This document shows positions 24,736-37,839 of a stretch of DNA of 64,000 bases, piece after piece. The notes beneath the pieces are model-generated. The model saw only the letters and a program-made list of their open reading frames with translations, searched no databases and was not told where the DNA came from. The position numbers were made by a program, and so were the translations under genes. The stretch is from NCBI GenBank assembly GCA_907165135.1, contig OU015569.1:9796001-9860000 (forward strand). The letters run 5' to 3'. This stretch comes from Oikopleura dioica. Its lineage: Eukaryota; Animalia; Chordata. Each line of letters begins with the position of its first letter. The stretch's first letter is position 1.

Positions 24736-27700
24736 TCAGATCATACTTTTCATGACAATGCCTGAATAATTAAAGTATCCGTATGCGCGAGTGAATAAAG
24801 TGAGAGCGCAACTCTTTTTCGTTTCATAAAGAGGATGAATCTTCTCGTTTTTGTTCTTTCCGGGGTAAGTGGAGAGCTCATTAGATAATAAGATTGGACC
24901 GCGCGGTTGAAATCGCATTTCTTATTTTTACGAAAAGACCAAATAGGGTCAATATGATCACAATACTGGCAACGTGTTACTTTCTATTCAGGTACTCGCC
25001 TTTCCCAACTTCTTCTCTTCCTATCAGCCTGTTCCCGCGCAGGTATAAAAAACCGCTTGATCTGATTACCGGTAGAACTTTTTCTAGGCTCCATCTGGCG
25101 AAAATCATGAATCTGAAAGTGCAGCTCCCCTTACAAATGAAATGGAAGAGGCGATCTTGACGCGACTTAAAAATATTCTAGCGCAGTGAAAATTCATATC
25201 TGTTGCTTAAAGAAAAACCAGTCCAGAACAATAAAAATCAAAAATAAAAGTAAATTTACTTGTTTTTTTTGGAATAGTTCATCTTGAGCGCTAAGCTTTT
25301 ACTGGAATTGGATCTAATCCCTCGGGTTACCTTAATTTGAAACTACAAAGCCATGCATTCATATTAAAAAGCCACATTTGATAGATAAAAAAAGAGAATT
25401 TGCCAAATGGAAATAATATTGCCAAAAGGTATTCTGACTGGGACTATTTTGGAAAGGGGCATTATGTTGTATCGATAGCCAAATTTTCTCGATGATATAA
25501 CTTGTTCAGATAACTTTTTGCATGTATTAAATGGCCCTCAAAAGGGTCTTCTATTTATTGCTATCTCGATATACTTCTGGATCGAGGGTGATCAAGTAAG
25601 ACGAAATTGTAAAAATTACTCAGCAAAATCGTGGTTCAGATCAGGGGTGGATATTTTGATATCAAATCATTATTTCAAAACTGTCGAATCATTTATTTCA
25701 TCGTTTCAAAAATTGAAATTTCAATTGAAATTGCAGGAAAAAGCCGATGCAATGGATGAAACCTATTGAAAATGAAAAAAAAGCGTTTTCAAAAGATAAA
25801 GATTCGTGCGGAGTTTTGAAATGAATTTGAAACTGCAATAATTGACATTTCAATCAGTTTTTCTTATTTGGCGACTTGAAAGGAATTTGAAAAATGAAAT
25901 TGAAAAAATGAATCGTTGCAAATTTGAAGAAGGCGCAAAAGGAAAAACTCAGCGCGCCTGCCATCCCTTTTTGACTCCAGCATTTCCCAAAATCCCGTAT
26001 TTTTAAAGTCCTAAATTTCTGAAAATCCCGTATTTCTGAAATCGCAAATTGTGGATTCTGCCGAATCGAGTGTTTGAAAAATGGCCAAAACTCTCGTGAG
26101 TGAGTGAGCGCGAGCAGAGGCCCCCAGATTTTTAACATGAGTGAGCGAGCGCGAGTAGACCCTTTTGATTTTTTTCGTGAGCGAGCGAGCGCGAGCGCAG
26201 ATACCGGAATTTTTCTGTGAGTGAGCGAGCATGAGCGCTCGCTCGCTCGCTCGCGCTCACTCGCAGCTTTTCAAAAACGTTTTGATTTAGTTCTTTGAAT
26301 GACTTTTAAATATAATAAATTAATATTGAGTACTCTAACGGGAGTAAAAGATAAAATCCAGGGTGGATTAACTGTGAGCAAGCGCGAGTGAGCGCAAGCA
26401 GGGAACTTTGAATTTTATGGTGAGTGAGCGAGCGCGAGCATAGGCTTCTCGAAATCACATGAGTGAGTGAGAAGGAGCGCTCGCTCACTCGCTCGCGCTC
26501 GCTCGTGGCTCGCGCTCACCATTTTTCAGACACTGCTGCAGATTCAGGAATATGGGAAACGCGGGATTTTTTTTCTTTTGAGTTAGTTGAGCTCAGCTCA
26601 ATGATTTTAACACAATTTTAGTTCTTAAAACACAGTAAAAACAGCTCAGCTCAGCTCTAATTAGGGTCCTCTCAGTTCAGGTCAGCTAAACTACCTTAAA
26701 AAAAGTCTGCTGAGCTCAGCTCAGCTCAGTCACCTCCGAAATAGGCCAGCTCAGCTTAGAGAAATTTTTACTCAGGTCAGCTTAGCTCAGCTCAGTAATA
26801 ATAAAGCAAACTCTGGAGGGCCTTATCTTTTTAAATAGCAGTTGCTGAGCTTAGATAGCGGAATTGAGAGGAAAGTTTAGCTAAGCGTAGTAGAGCTGGC
26901 GAAAATTTCGGCTTGAAGTCAACATCTTTGCCAAAATGGCCTATATAAAGGCTTGAATAACTCAAAATTTTTTTAGAATTGTGTATCAAAAATCTTTGGG
27001 GCCCTGAAAATTTCAGTGTTAAATCATCACGAGTGAGCGCTCTCATGAAAAAATTTTATAGCTTCTGCTCGCTCACTCACGTTAAAATCGGTGAACCTTC
27101 GCTCGCGCTGGCTCACTGACAAAATAATTTCAGGGGGGCTCTGCTCGCGCTCAGAGTTGCAAATTTTGTGAGCTAGCTGAGCTGAGCTATCTGAGCTAGC
27201 TGAGCTACAGCCAGCTAAGGCCAGGGACGTGATTTACACCAGAGTTGCAAATTTGGCTTTATTTTCGTAGAGCTGAGCTGCCCTGTGTGAGAAATTCTCT
27301 GAGCTGAGCTGACCTATTACGGAGCTGACTGAGCTGAGCTGACCTGAGCTGGCCATTTTCAGAGGTCATTGAGCTGAGCTGAGCTGAGCAGACCTTTTTT
27401 TAAGGCAGTTGAGCTGAGCTGAGCAGACCCTAATTTGAGCTTAGCTGAGTGAGCTGGGTTGAGCTGTTTTATTACTGTTTTTAGTAGTAAAATTGTGTAA
27501 AAATCATTGAGCTGAGCTGAGCTGAGCTGAATAATACTTGTCTGAGCTGAGCTGAGTTGAGCAGAACAGATCATGTTCGAGAATAATTGAGCTGAGCTGA
27601 GCTGAGTGATTATTGTCTGAGCTGAGCTGAGCTGAGCAGATAAATTCATTTTCGAAAATCAGTGAGCTGAGCTGATCTGAGCGACTGCTCAGCTCACTCA

Positions 27701-30000
27701 GCCAGCTCAGCTCACTCAGCTCACCAAATTTGGAACTCTGATTTAGACTGACTGAGGATTTATTTTACACAGATAAGGGCCTTTTTTCACACAGAAAGAG
27801 CCTTAATTTTAATATCAGTAGCTGAGCTTAGATAGCGGAGCTGGTCAGAATTTCCTTCACTGAAGCTGAGCCAAAAGTGTTTTTCCCGTAGCGGAGCCGT
27901 CAGCTCCGCTATCTCCGCTACGCAAATTTGCAACTCTGGCACCACATGTCCCAGTGTGTAGCCCAGGCTATGACGGTAATTTTGAGCGCAAGAATTCCTT
28001 GTCCCGGGGGTCTAGGAGGTGGTACAAAGTTCGGGAAGCCGACCAAAAATTGGTACCTTTGAAGAAAATTTTCCTATTTTCTATTATTTATGAGTCCAAC
28101 TTCACTTTTTATACCTCTTCAACACATTGTGTCCTCTAGTGTCCTCCAAGGCTCAGCAATTTGAAATTGATTTGAAAAATGAAAAAAGATTGAAAAAATC
28201 GAGTGGTCTCCGTTTGCCCAAGTCGCCGTTTGCCCAAGTCGCCGTCTGCCCAAGTCGCCGTTTGCCCAACTTGGGCAGACGGAGATCTTAGGCAAACGGC
28301 GATGTGAATTTTTTTTAATTGATTGATCATAAAATGATAGAAGTAAGGCGACAATTTCATTATCATCACTTAGTCTGCTGGTTGCGCTCTGATTTGCAGA
28401 AACTTTCAGGTAAAAACAAAGGTTGTCCTGTTATGTCTTTTGAACGATTATTAACCCTGGATTCTTGACAAGACCACCACAATTTTCTAGTATTGTTTTT
28501 CAATAGTTGTATCCGATTTTCGAATAAATTCTTGAGCATAAACACATAAATAAGAGACGAAATGAAAAAACAGTATCGTGGACTCTACGGAAGCTTTCCG
28601 AATTATGACATCGTTTACATTGATAACGAAGAGCCTTCGTAATGGATGGTATAATTATGAAAATCGCTAAATTCTCAATAAAAGTCCTAATAAACTATTC
28701 CCGGAAGAGTAAATCATTCATTATACTTGAAGTATATTCGGTCGGTCATTAGGTCGGTCATTAGGTACCATAATATAATAGGTATATTCGGTCCATAAAT
28801 AGTTTCCTCACACTGCAGCCGCGGAGCGGACATTAGTTTTTTGATGAGCCAGAAATTATGCTTGACTTTGGTACCGGGTACCAATTTGGTTCCGGCGCCG
28901 TCCGTCTCCCGGAGGTTTCGGGACGAGTTTCATCAGTTTTTCCCTTTTTCTCACTTCTCACAATGACTGTTTTCCCTCAGTTTCAATCAGAAACAATTCC
29001 AAAAATAGAACGGACCGAAAATGAATCACAAGAAACAGATCAATTCAACCAAGTTGGGGATTAGCGCTTGTGAGGACTCAGCGCATCCATCGTTTCCTCA
29101 ATGTGTAGGCCTCGGACGTAAAACTAGCGATTTAACTTTACCACTTAAAATCTATCCTATCCTGCAAATTTTGATTTCATAATTAATTTCTTTAAATTGA
29201 ATAATTATTATATTTTCAATTTGATCGCCGTCTGCCCAAGTCGCCGTCTGCCCAAGATCGCCGTTTGCCCAACTTGGGCAAACGGAGACCACTCGAAAAA
29301 ATCTGTCCAAATTTGAAACCCTTTCGCAAAATGCAAAATGAAACAGTTGAAAATTTCAAAAAAGGTTCCGCGCCATTATCATTTGAAATGAATTTGCAAT
29401 TGCGAAAATGAATTGAAAAAAGGCTTATCTTTTGAAATTTCAAATCAAAAACGGTTGAAATAATGATTTGATATCAAAATATCCACCCCTGGTTCAGATA
29501 CAAAAAGCATTGGTGAATGAAGGATTCAAACTTCATGGATGACGCGAATGTCTACAGAACTGACCTTTTGATCATAGTTTACATCATGCGAAGTAAATCA
29601 TAATTACTGCATAAAACATGTTCAAATGTAGAGCGGTCGGTCTCAAACATGCCTTGCCGAACTTGTTATTCGCTGCAGGGGAGACTAACACGTTAGCCAT
29701 CAACTGCAATTTACTGTTTGTCCTTCTTGAGAAACAAAATATACGACTTCAAGAAGCGTATCAGATGCTCGATAGCTGTAAGATGCGATATTCACGCATA
29801 GCTGCGGTAGGCTTAATCCGTGGGAACTATGCAGTGATAGTAAAATTACGTGAGGCCGAGTCTTGGAGACCTTGGTATATTCGAAATACTTGGCAGGCAT
29901 TTTTAATCGCATTACTGCTTTAGAGTCGCGTTCTAGAGGGAGAAAACGATGAATTACCTTCGACTTGAATCGGGAATACTGCCAGGTAAACTTGGGCATT
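24736..30000 (-). CDS. Possible multi-exon unknown gene, apparently interrupted by the transposon stack
   Basis: Short open exon-like segments with AG/GT ends at about 24736-25630 and 29500-30000. Removing the hAT element rejoins an open segment. No family recognised. Confidence 0.25.
26068..26535. mobile_element. MITE with GTGA/GCGA subterminal repeats
   Basis: Terminal inverted (G/C)AGTGT(T/C)TGAAAAATGG and arrays of GTGA/GCGA that switch orientation. TSD not clean. An inverted partial copy lies at about 26995-27151. Confidence 0.65.
26580..26817. repeat. Truncated inverted copy of the (GAGCT)n MITE
   Basis: (AGCTC)n arrays and spacer sequences are the reverse complement of about 27240-27510; ends in a deleted TIR AATAAAGC-AAACTCTG. 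Confidence 0.65.
27152..27938. mobile_element. hAT-like MITE with CAGAGTTGCAAATTT ends that hosts a related MITE
   Basis: Perfect 15-bp inverted termini; flanks do not form a TSD, so the pairing is less certain. Confidence 0.5.
27240..27740. mobile_element. hAT-like MITE with (GAGCT)n pentamer arrays (501 bp)
   Basis: TIR CAGAGTTGCAAATTTGG / CCAAATTTGGAACTCTG (1 mismatch); 8-bp TSD ATTTACAC / ATTTAGAC (7/8). Confidence 0.8.
28201..29294. mobile_element. Mutator-like non-autonomous element (1094 bp)
   Basis: TIR GAGTGGTCTCCGTTTGCCCAAG; perfect 9-bp TSD GAAAAAATC (28192-28200, 29295-29303); 16-bp subterminal tandem units CG(T/C)TGCCCAAGTCGC-like at both ends. Confidence 0.8.
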
Positions 30001-32668
30001 TGTAGGATCAGTTTGATCCAGGGCTGTCGATGTGGGCCAACACTTAATGGACCTAATTAGGAGAGCGTGAAATTCTAACCACTCTAATAGCAGCCACTAT
30101 GAACACCGAAATTAGCCAGTGGTCGCCCGTTTTAATCAAAACAAAAACCATAATCAGCGTGCTCTCGCTAATTTCCCAGAAATCCGTTTGCTCTTCCAGT
30201 AAGCAAAAGAAGAAAAAAATCGGCGTAAATCAAACGGAAAGAAAAGTCGTTAGATTCTGCGGCGGAGAGCATGAATTTGTGGCTGCCACTATGCGCCAGG
30301 GATCGGAACACGTCACCTCCCACTGTGGTAGAAAATACACCTCACAGAATTTCTTCAATAGCCGCGGATTTGAGCTAAATGTTTAATTCAATTAGTCAAT
30401 TAGTAGACCAGTGAAAATTCGCTGGCTACGCAATCGATTTCTCTCCTTCTCTCTCTTTTCTCTGCGTAAATTAACCGCATTCTATTTCTTCCCAATAAAT
30501 ATTGCTTCCTCGAAATCTTGTCACATCTAATCCAGAAGACATGAGTCCGGGATTTTTAGTTTAGAAGATTGATCGTACCGATTTTACCGAGTTGTAAGAG
30601 CGCTCGGATCCGTCACAATTCAAGCGACTTTCTCGATGGCCGACTAATTTTCAATTTCCGACATAAATTATCCATTTTCTTCGGACATCGGCGCCGCTTG
30701 TCCATTTTTCAAACACCTGATTGATGATCAGCAAATTATTATTTAGCGAAAACGCCCAAAGTATGCTCAGGAGATAACAGAGTCAAGAATAAGTTCCCTA
30801 ACCCTAAATTTATGCGGCGATATAAACCCTCATCACTGATGACTCATCAGCCCTAGCCCTAACCATTCGTTCTTTAAGAATGGTTAATAACAAAAAATTT
30901 TTCTAACTCATATTTGAAGATGTATGCTTATTTATAGGGTGGCCATAGAGAAGACAGCTTCGCAAGTCTTTATTTTCATAGCTTATGAAATTTGCTAGAA
31001 AGGAGTGGTTCCTAAGGGGCCCAAACCCAAACAGAAGACAGAGCGCGTGAAGTCGACATTAGCTCCTGGAAATAGAATTAGGTCCATGTGGAGATTTATT
31101 TTTTCAAGGGCGAGACTTGTATTTGTTAAAAATTTGGCTTATCGGTAGAATTATCAGTTTCTGCGCTGCGCGACCTCATGAGCGCCCCCGCGCTCCCGAT
31201 CGCTCAAACTCGGAGAAAAGGAAAACCTTCGCTAGAATTCCGCCATTTCTAAGGTAGACAAATCCGCCCTTACAATCTTTTTGCCCGTCGAAAACAAGAA
31301 ATACCAGAGTCGAGAAAAGATAAAGCTGACTTTGGACGATTTCGGCCGAGAAAATAGAAAGGACGACGCTCAATTTGGATCGAGGCGCTCTTTGAGTAAG
31401 TTTCTTCTTCCGGTGTTAGGTCTGACGATCAGATGCCGAAAAATGCCTAACCCAAATTAGAAAAGCGTTTTTTTTACAGCACACAAAGGGGAACAGCCGG
31501 ACAATATGCTCGCTCACTCATCAACTAATTAAATTAACTCGCTTTTTGGACGATAATCTACTATAATGCCTTATTGTGGATCAGATTAAGCAAAACAGAG
31601 ATTCCCAGAAGAAGACTGGATATTACTGGAGTATTGCCTGTAGTTAGAGAAAAAAGGTCTAAAGGAGCAGCCAGTAAATCACAAGTTTTTATCAAGTGTG
31701 AGAGAGTCCCCTGCTGAGGAGAAAAAGGTGATTGCTATAAATTTTTATATCAAAGAGGGCAATAGGTTGCGCGGGCGATACTAATTCAATTCTGATTTAT
31801 AGAAATAGGGCTACTACAGCTTGGGCCGGGCGATGGCATCGGTTCAATTCTAATCCAATATTTTTTAATTAAACTAGCGCTTCTTTTGCGAAAACACATT
31901 TTCGATCTGTTCCATTTTCAATCGCCATGAAATTAAACTGAAGAAGAATTGAGAGAAATTGAGCCAAGTCGAGGTAATCAGCAACACCGTAGTTTTTGTT
32001 TTTATTTGGAGTGATCATCAGAGCGATGGGCGTCTGCTGCTTATTTTATGAAAGAGTGGTATCTTCTGGCATTGTGCCCTCGGGCGCGTGTGTGTCCAAA
32101 ATCACCCTTGTTTCGACAAGCTCTTCAAAAAAGAGAGCTGTTTGATCTTTTCTGAAGACTTTCATTGTGCTCAGGGTCAAGGTTAACCCATCTTCGGAAG
32201 GAGAGCTCGCTCACGTGCCCTTTCCGCGGAAAGAAAAGAGACAAAGCGAGAGTTTCAGAAGGGTAAATAGAAACAAGCCACGGTTTATGACAAATAATGC
32301 CAAGAATATAAAATTCAACGCTCATAAAAAGTTAAACTGGGGAGACGTAATAGATCACGTGAAGCCTCTCTTTGAAATAATCAAAAGTAGGCGATCCAAG
32401 AGGATCTCTCGAGATGTGTTTTTTATGAAGATATTTTCAAACGAGAATTTTTCGAGCGAAAAAGAGTTATTAACTTCAAAATCGATACTTTCTTGAATTC
32501 GCGTAATAGACACAGGTGTGAAATTGTGTACATTTGTTGCTAATCACTGTTAAATTGTGGCGAACACGTTGTTGTGCGACCACCGTGAATGAAAGACGCG
32601 GCCGCTGTATGACCGTTTTACACGGAAGCTTTTCTAATCGAGGGTTGGTCTGATCTTTTCTTTCAGAA

Positions 32669-35600
32669 ATGGAAACTTCCACAATGACGACTTGGTTGCC
32701 CACGGAATGGGCACAGCTTGGAAACCGATTTCCTCATTTCACTTTCAAATTTCAAATTCTCCAGAATCCCTCCTTCGAGCCTTTCCTGCCTGCTTACAAA
32801 GAAGTAACTAAACTCAAACGAAGCGAGAGAGCTATTTTTTATCGTCAATTTTAGTCGCTGCTTTTTTATGCTGTTTTCCCGCTCAGCCTGATGCTCCTGC
32901 TACTTTTAGGAACCGGCTTTGAGAAACCCTCTAAGGCGATAGTCTCAAGTTGTAAATGACCTGTTGGTTTCTTATCAGCTCGAGTATTTTCGATTGACCT
33001 AAAGAGAGCGTCGGGATCATGAAACCACCTGTTGCATCAAGCACATTCATGCCTTTAGAAAGCAACCAACTTTATCGCTCATTTTGTACCTCTTTTCAAA
33101 GCTGGATAAGTTTATCTTCTTTACTATTGTTGCCGTGATTGGACGAAAACCGTCGTCTCGAGCAATAAATGCAACCCATCACTCTTCGTGAGCAATGTGA
33201 TTCTGGTGCTGATCACGACGTGCATTCTCGTAGGTGCCTACAGCTGCTTTGGTGCGATGAGAAACGACTATCGCAACATTGTGAACTCTTCCAGGGAGCT
33301 AAAGGTACACAACTATTCAAAATATTTAAAATTTATCTCGCGCCTTCCAGTCCAAAAGTCAGTTTCTAAAAGGACTACTTAAATTACGCGCAGTCTTAAA
33401 TCTGCTTTTCTGAAATAACGAGGCTTATAAATCCAAAAAACACGGCGAAGCTGGTTCGAAAGAAAAATAAAGAGCGCTTTCTCAAACAAATGGGATTGAT
33501 ATGCTCGCGTCTTGAGCGAAGTTTTCAAGTTGTATTTTAGAAACTGGTCGATGAAGTTAACGCGGAGCACATGTTCAAAGAGCAGACGAAAGCCATAACG
33601 GTAAGAATAGACGGAAACTTAAATGATCAGTTGATAATTTGGAGCTGGAAAAAAGTTGGGCAGCGGAACGTGTTGCCGCCAGCCGCAAACTTTCGGCCAT
33701 CAAATTCAACCGTTGACATGTTCCATCATCTTTCGTGGTTGCACTAGGAAAGTGCATGAAATCGCGCCAGTTTTTAATATCCATTTCAACGTCTCATCTC
33801 CGCCTTTGCATAATTTGATAAAAAAAAAACACGTTTTTGAAAATTTATTCATTTCCGAAGCTAGAAAGTTGCCTCTTTCTTACTTCAGTGATTGATGGCA
33901 CGAATTTTCAAGGCGTCACCGAATTCCAGCAAATAAATTACATGCGTAGTTGTGAACATAAAATTCAGAAAGTGCTGCTCAATGCTGAGAAAGGTCTCTC
34001 GGGCGAATTCCAAGAGCGACTTTACAACTTTCGCGTCGCATACCCTTATGTTGGTAAGTAACTCGTGTTCAGAACTGATAAATGCAAAATTTACTGTTCA
34101 GAGTGGCTTCCTCTGCGAATCGGAAACTCGACAATGAACGAAGAGTACGAGCCTGTGATGGAGCGCGCCCAGGAGATCGAAAACTATCGCCTCATAGCTA
34201 GTGGCATCGTCTTCGGCTACCTTTTGTTGCTCGTCGTTATCTGCGTGGCTTCTACCTGCGTCAAGAACTCAACGCTCTTTGTTGGTAAATAGACTCTAAC
34301 GCTTCAGCACTGATATAATCTAAATCTTCAAAGGGAGCATTATTTTGGGATTCCTGGGCCTGCTGATTCTCCACTTCTCCCTCGGCATTCAACTCACCGC
34401 TTCCGTGGCGCTATCCGATCTTTGTATGAACCCAGGAACGTTCACTAGAATCGTCTTTACTTGTATCAGTCCTGTTTGGCTCAATTCCGCGCAGCTGATA
34501 TTCTTTTAGCGCTAATTAATATCGGCCGCTGTCAAATTGGCCTAAGCATGGAACAAGAATTAGTGAACGTGCTAAGCTTATTTTGTGGAAAAGACACTTC
34601 TCGACGAAGGCTGGCTCAATCGCAACGAGATTGACGTGGTGCTGCGTTGCGACCAGGATTCCGAAAAAGTCCAACGCTTTGAGCAATTGCTCCGCGAGCT
34701 GGAGAAGCGCGACGTAAGTCTACTTCTTCCGGGAGATGCGTACACGCGATTCCGTGTCCAAATCAAATGCACCTGATTAATTCAGCTTAGTGAACGCAAT
34801 TTGTACCCTTGAACTGCGATAACAAGCTGGCTATATTTTGTGTTGAATTTCGTTCAACTGAGGAACATGACATCTTTTAAAATCACTCTATCTAGCGGGA
34901 GTTGGAAGAAATAACGCAAGGAATCAATCTCAAATATACAAAACCCGCGAAGAAAGTTCTCCAAGCACAACAACTGCACAACAAGCTCAAAAACAACGTC
35001 GAAGGTGTCCACGACTTGCTTAGCTGCAAACGAACACACAAAGAATACAAGGAAAAGGCGCAAAAAGGCAGACTAAGAAATAAAGAAAAATTGATCGTTA
35101 TTCATGATATCTGAAATAATGAGCGTTTTGGGACCTTGAGAGCAGAATATTATTGATCTTTCGTGTGGAAACTACTTGATGTATTGGTGGATAATGACAG
35201 GAATAACTACTGTCTGTTTGATCCTCGTTGGTGCACTGCTATTTGTCTTGCCAGAAGTGATGTCGACTGTTTCCGTCAATCATCACGAATCGCTGCGGGA
35301 TGAAATAAAAGCTCAATATTCGTAAGTGAACAACTAAAGGATCATGATGATTGACCTTATTTTTTGAAGAAGTCTTTTCTAACTTCTCAATCATTGTGAA
35401 ATAAATATAATTCAGGAAAGAGAACACCCTAAGTTCGTTAAAAACGGGCGTCAGCGGATCTCGCCAGAGCTCTCTTCGTCATCAGCGGCGGCTTGCGCGG
35501 CCCCATTCTCTCGTGACGCTTTCTTTTTCATCTGCCGAAGCAGATCTCTCGGTAACCCCTAACGAAGGAAAATTTGGAACCCCAAATTTAGGCGAAGTCA

Positions 35601-35704
35601 AGAGCGTCTCATCGCCGAAATCAGACTCGAGCTATGAGTCTGGTTTTTGCGAGCTCGACCCAGTTGAATCTTCTTATACCACCGACTGGTCAAGTGACCA
35701 TTAA
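32669..35704 (+). CDS. TTYH: Protein tweety homolog
   Basis: N-terminus WLPTEWAQLGNRFPHF...AYKESLLFYAVFPL, several TM exons, ALSDLCMNP (cf. GLSDFCxxP), LLSCKRTHKEY, and a Ser-rich tail ending at 35704. Some internal splice sites unresolved. Confidence 0.8.
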
Positions 35705-35947
35705 AGAAGGTGTCCCACTACTCTTAGCCGGTGTTTAATTTTGGTGCCCCTTTTTATCAAATGATACTTGATATTTTACGGTGATAATGACACGTTCTTT
35801 TTGCTGATGAAAAAGTTAAACATTCCCTTTCAAGTCGGTATTCGAAACAAAATACTCAAAGTGAAAAGAATGAATCTGACGCCAAAAAAGACGTGGAGGT
35901 GTTCTGGGTGAATCTATATTTTAATTTTTAAGACCTCTGGAAAGATC

Positions 35948-36330
35948 CTATGGAACGATGCAATCTGCTCCGCTCCCAAAACATGATACGCTCAAGCGCG
36001 AAAAGAATACCTTCGTCACATGTACCTTTAAACACTCATTCTCAAGGCTAAACATATTTAGTTGATGGAGAAAGCCGGTCTTACCTAAACGATGTGCGTT
36101 ATCCGTCTCACGCAACACTCCTTTCCAACTATCACTAACCGACAAGAACTTGGACCGGAAACTCACGAAAAATGTGAGCTTTCTTGTTTATGTTTACCTG
36201 AAAATCACACTGCCATTCATTTGTACTTTTTCTGACCCTTCTCCATATTCCACCGAATTTCTTCAAACCATGCAAATAAAATACGAGTTTCGTAAAGTAC
36301 TAAATTCACTTTTGATTTATTCGTCATTGT
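35948..36330 (-). CDS. Possible small unknown gene
   Basis: Open segments MTNKSK...WNMEK and the 35948-36166 ORF; no family recognised. Confidence 0.25.
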
Positions 36331-36404
36331 AAAGTTTAAACTCAGATGATCCTCGTTAATTTCGCCGCAAAGAAAAAAAAAACACGGCTAGAGAACAACA
36401 AAAA

Positions 36405-36862
36405 ATGGACTGGGACTATAGGTTTGTTAGAGGCACTTTAAGTGAGATTAACTAAAAATTTAAGCTTCGATAAGCGTTTAGAAAAAGATGATACGGAGTA
36501 TAGAGAAATTCTTCAAAGACTAGAACGTCTTGCAGGAGAACTGAAAGAAGAGCGACTATCAAAGTGTTTTGAAAAAGGAAGAGATCTTGAACTAAATTTT
36601 ACTTGAATGTTAAATGTTTTGAGTTGCAGGTGAATTAATATCTCTTGCCGAGCCTTTGAAATCAAGGAAGAGGCCCGATTAGAAGATAACACTCCGATCG
36701 AGCTAAAAGCGAAGATATCGCCAGAGATACTCAAAATCACCGAAATCAATATTGAAAATGTTATCGAGAAGCAGAATAAAAAACGAGAGGTTTGATATCA
36801 TTAGATAGCTTGAGTTTGTTATTTTAGTTCAAGGAAAAACGGCGAAAGAAGCCACGAAGTAA
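36405..36862 (+). CDS. Small acidic/helical unknown protein
   Basis: ATG 36405 (MDWDY), then exon-like open segments (DDTEYREILQRLERLAGELKEE; FEIKEEARLEDN...), stop at 36860-36862. Confidence 0.35.
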
Positions 36863-36959
36863 AACAGAAGAGTGCTTCTTTTCTTATGAGTAAAATCAAT
36901 TTAGTTGAAGTTTTGATACGGGAAATCGAAAATCTAAAATAATATTTCGAAAAAATAAA

Positions 36960-37839
36960 TAAAACTACGACAAAGTATGCATACCATACGCATCACCTCT
37001 GCGTCTGAAGTAGTGAGTGCGATTTCCGAAATTCACAGCTGCGTTCCGCACGACTATCTTCTGACACTTTCGCTTCAAAAACGCCGAGTTTACCGATCAA
37101 CAAGCGCTCCCCTTTTATGAGCATTTATAGCTGGCTTGTCCGATTTGTTTAGTAAATTTTAAGAGTTTGCTCTCAAGGCGTTCTGCTCTGTGAAGGCGCA
37201 TATTGAAGCATATTGAAGTCTTCTTTCCAAACAAGCTAAACGAGAAACAATGTCAACTCGAGTATTAGTCAGTCTTTAATTGAGCGATCGTCTTTTCATC
37301 CCACCGGGTGAAGGAGTACTCAAGTACCGCCTCAAAGCGATATGAATGCTTCCGGAAAATCTTGCCAAAACAACGATCTTGTTGAGATCCCCAGCAATCG
37401 TTCTTTGAAAGCCTAAAAAAATACTTTTCTATCTTCTTCGCCTTTCGATCATTCCAACATTTTTGTTCACAATGGTCAATAGTCTGTTTGTGTCAAATCA
37501 CTGAAGTCTAAAATTTGAGATTCGGAAATTGCTGACGACGTTTGTTTAACCTAGGTTTGTTGTTCTTTCGATGGGTTAAGCCCACAATATTTGAATTTTG
37601 GAGTTTTTGATTTAAGCAATTTGAGGTTTATTGTTTCAACCTGGAGTGTGCATGGCCCAATTCAGCTCATAAATTACCCCATGCATCGAATCGACCCGAA
37701 TTTTGGCAGTTTCAGGCTGTTCTTCTTGCGCAGGCGTGACCGCGTAATTCACTTGTCTCACGTGATGAGCCATAATTATACGTAGCGACCTATTTGACCC
37801 ATGGGAAAACGCATAGCGGATATGATCAGTAGATTTCAC
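36960..37839 (-). CDS. Possible multi-exon unknown gene
   Basis: ORF 37636-37839 plus an exon-like segment AFKERLLGSQQ...FTRWDEKTIAQLK; boundaries approximate. Confidence 0.3.

Larger units (their letters stand above)
25642..29491. mobile_element. Non-autonomous hAT-type DNA transposon (3850 bp) containing nested elements
   Basis: Perfect 37-bp TIR CAGGGGTGGATATTTTGATATCAAATCATTATTTCAA and perfect 8-bp TSD GTTCAGAT (25634-25641, 29492-29499). No transposase ORF seen. Confidence 0.9.

Noticed and set aside
27359-27649. ORF with repeated SAQLS units
   Set aside because: It is a translation of the (AGCTC)n pentamer array of a MITE; the same applies to the ORFs at 26011-26488 over GTGA/GCGA repeats.
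28205-28310. 16-bp tandem repeats that superficially resemble a CRISPR array
   Set aside because: No unique spacers, eukaryotic context, and mirrored at the other end of a TIR/TSD element, so they are subterminal transposon repeats.
25634-29499. Outer hAT element as a second introner
   Set aside because: The TSD starts with GT on the plus strand but the element ends in CTG rather than AG; no frame-restoring donor/acceptor pair was found on either strand.
30000-32600. Short ORFs and isolated motifs (TGACTCA, CCCTAACCC) upstream of tweety
   Set aside because: No recognisable domain or consistent splicing, and single short motifs are expected at random.
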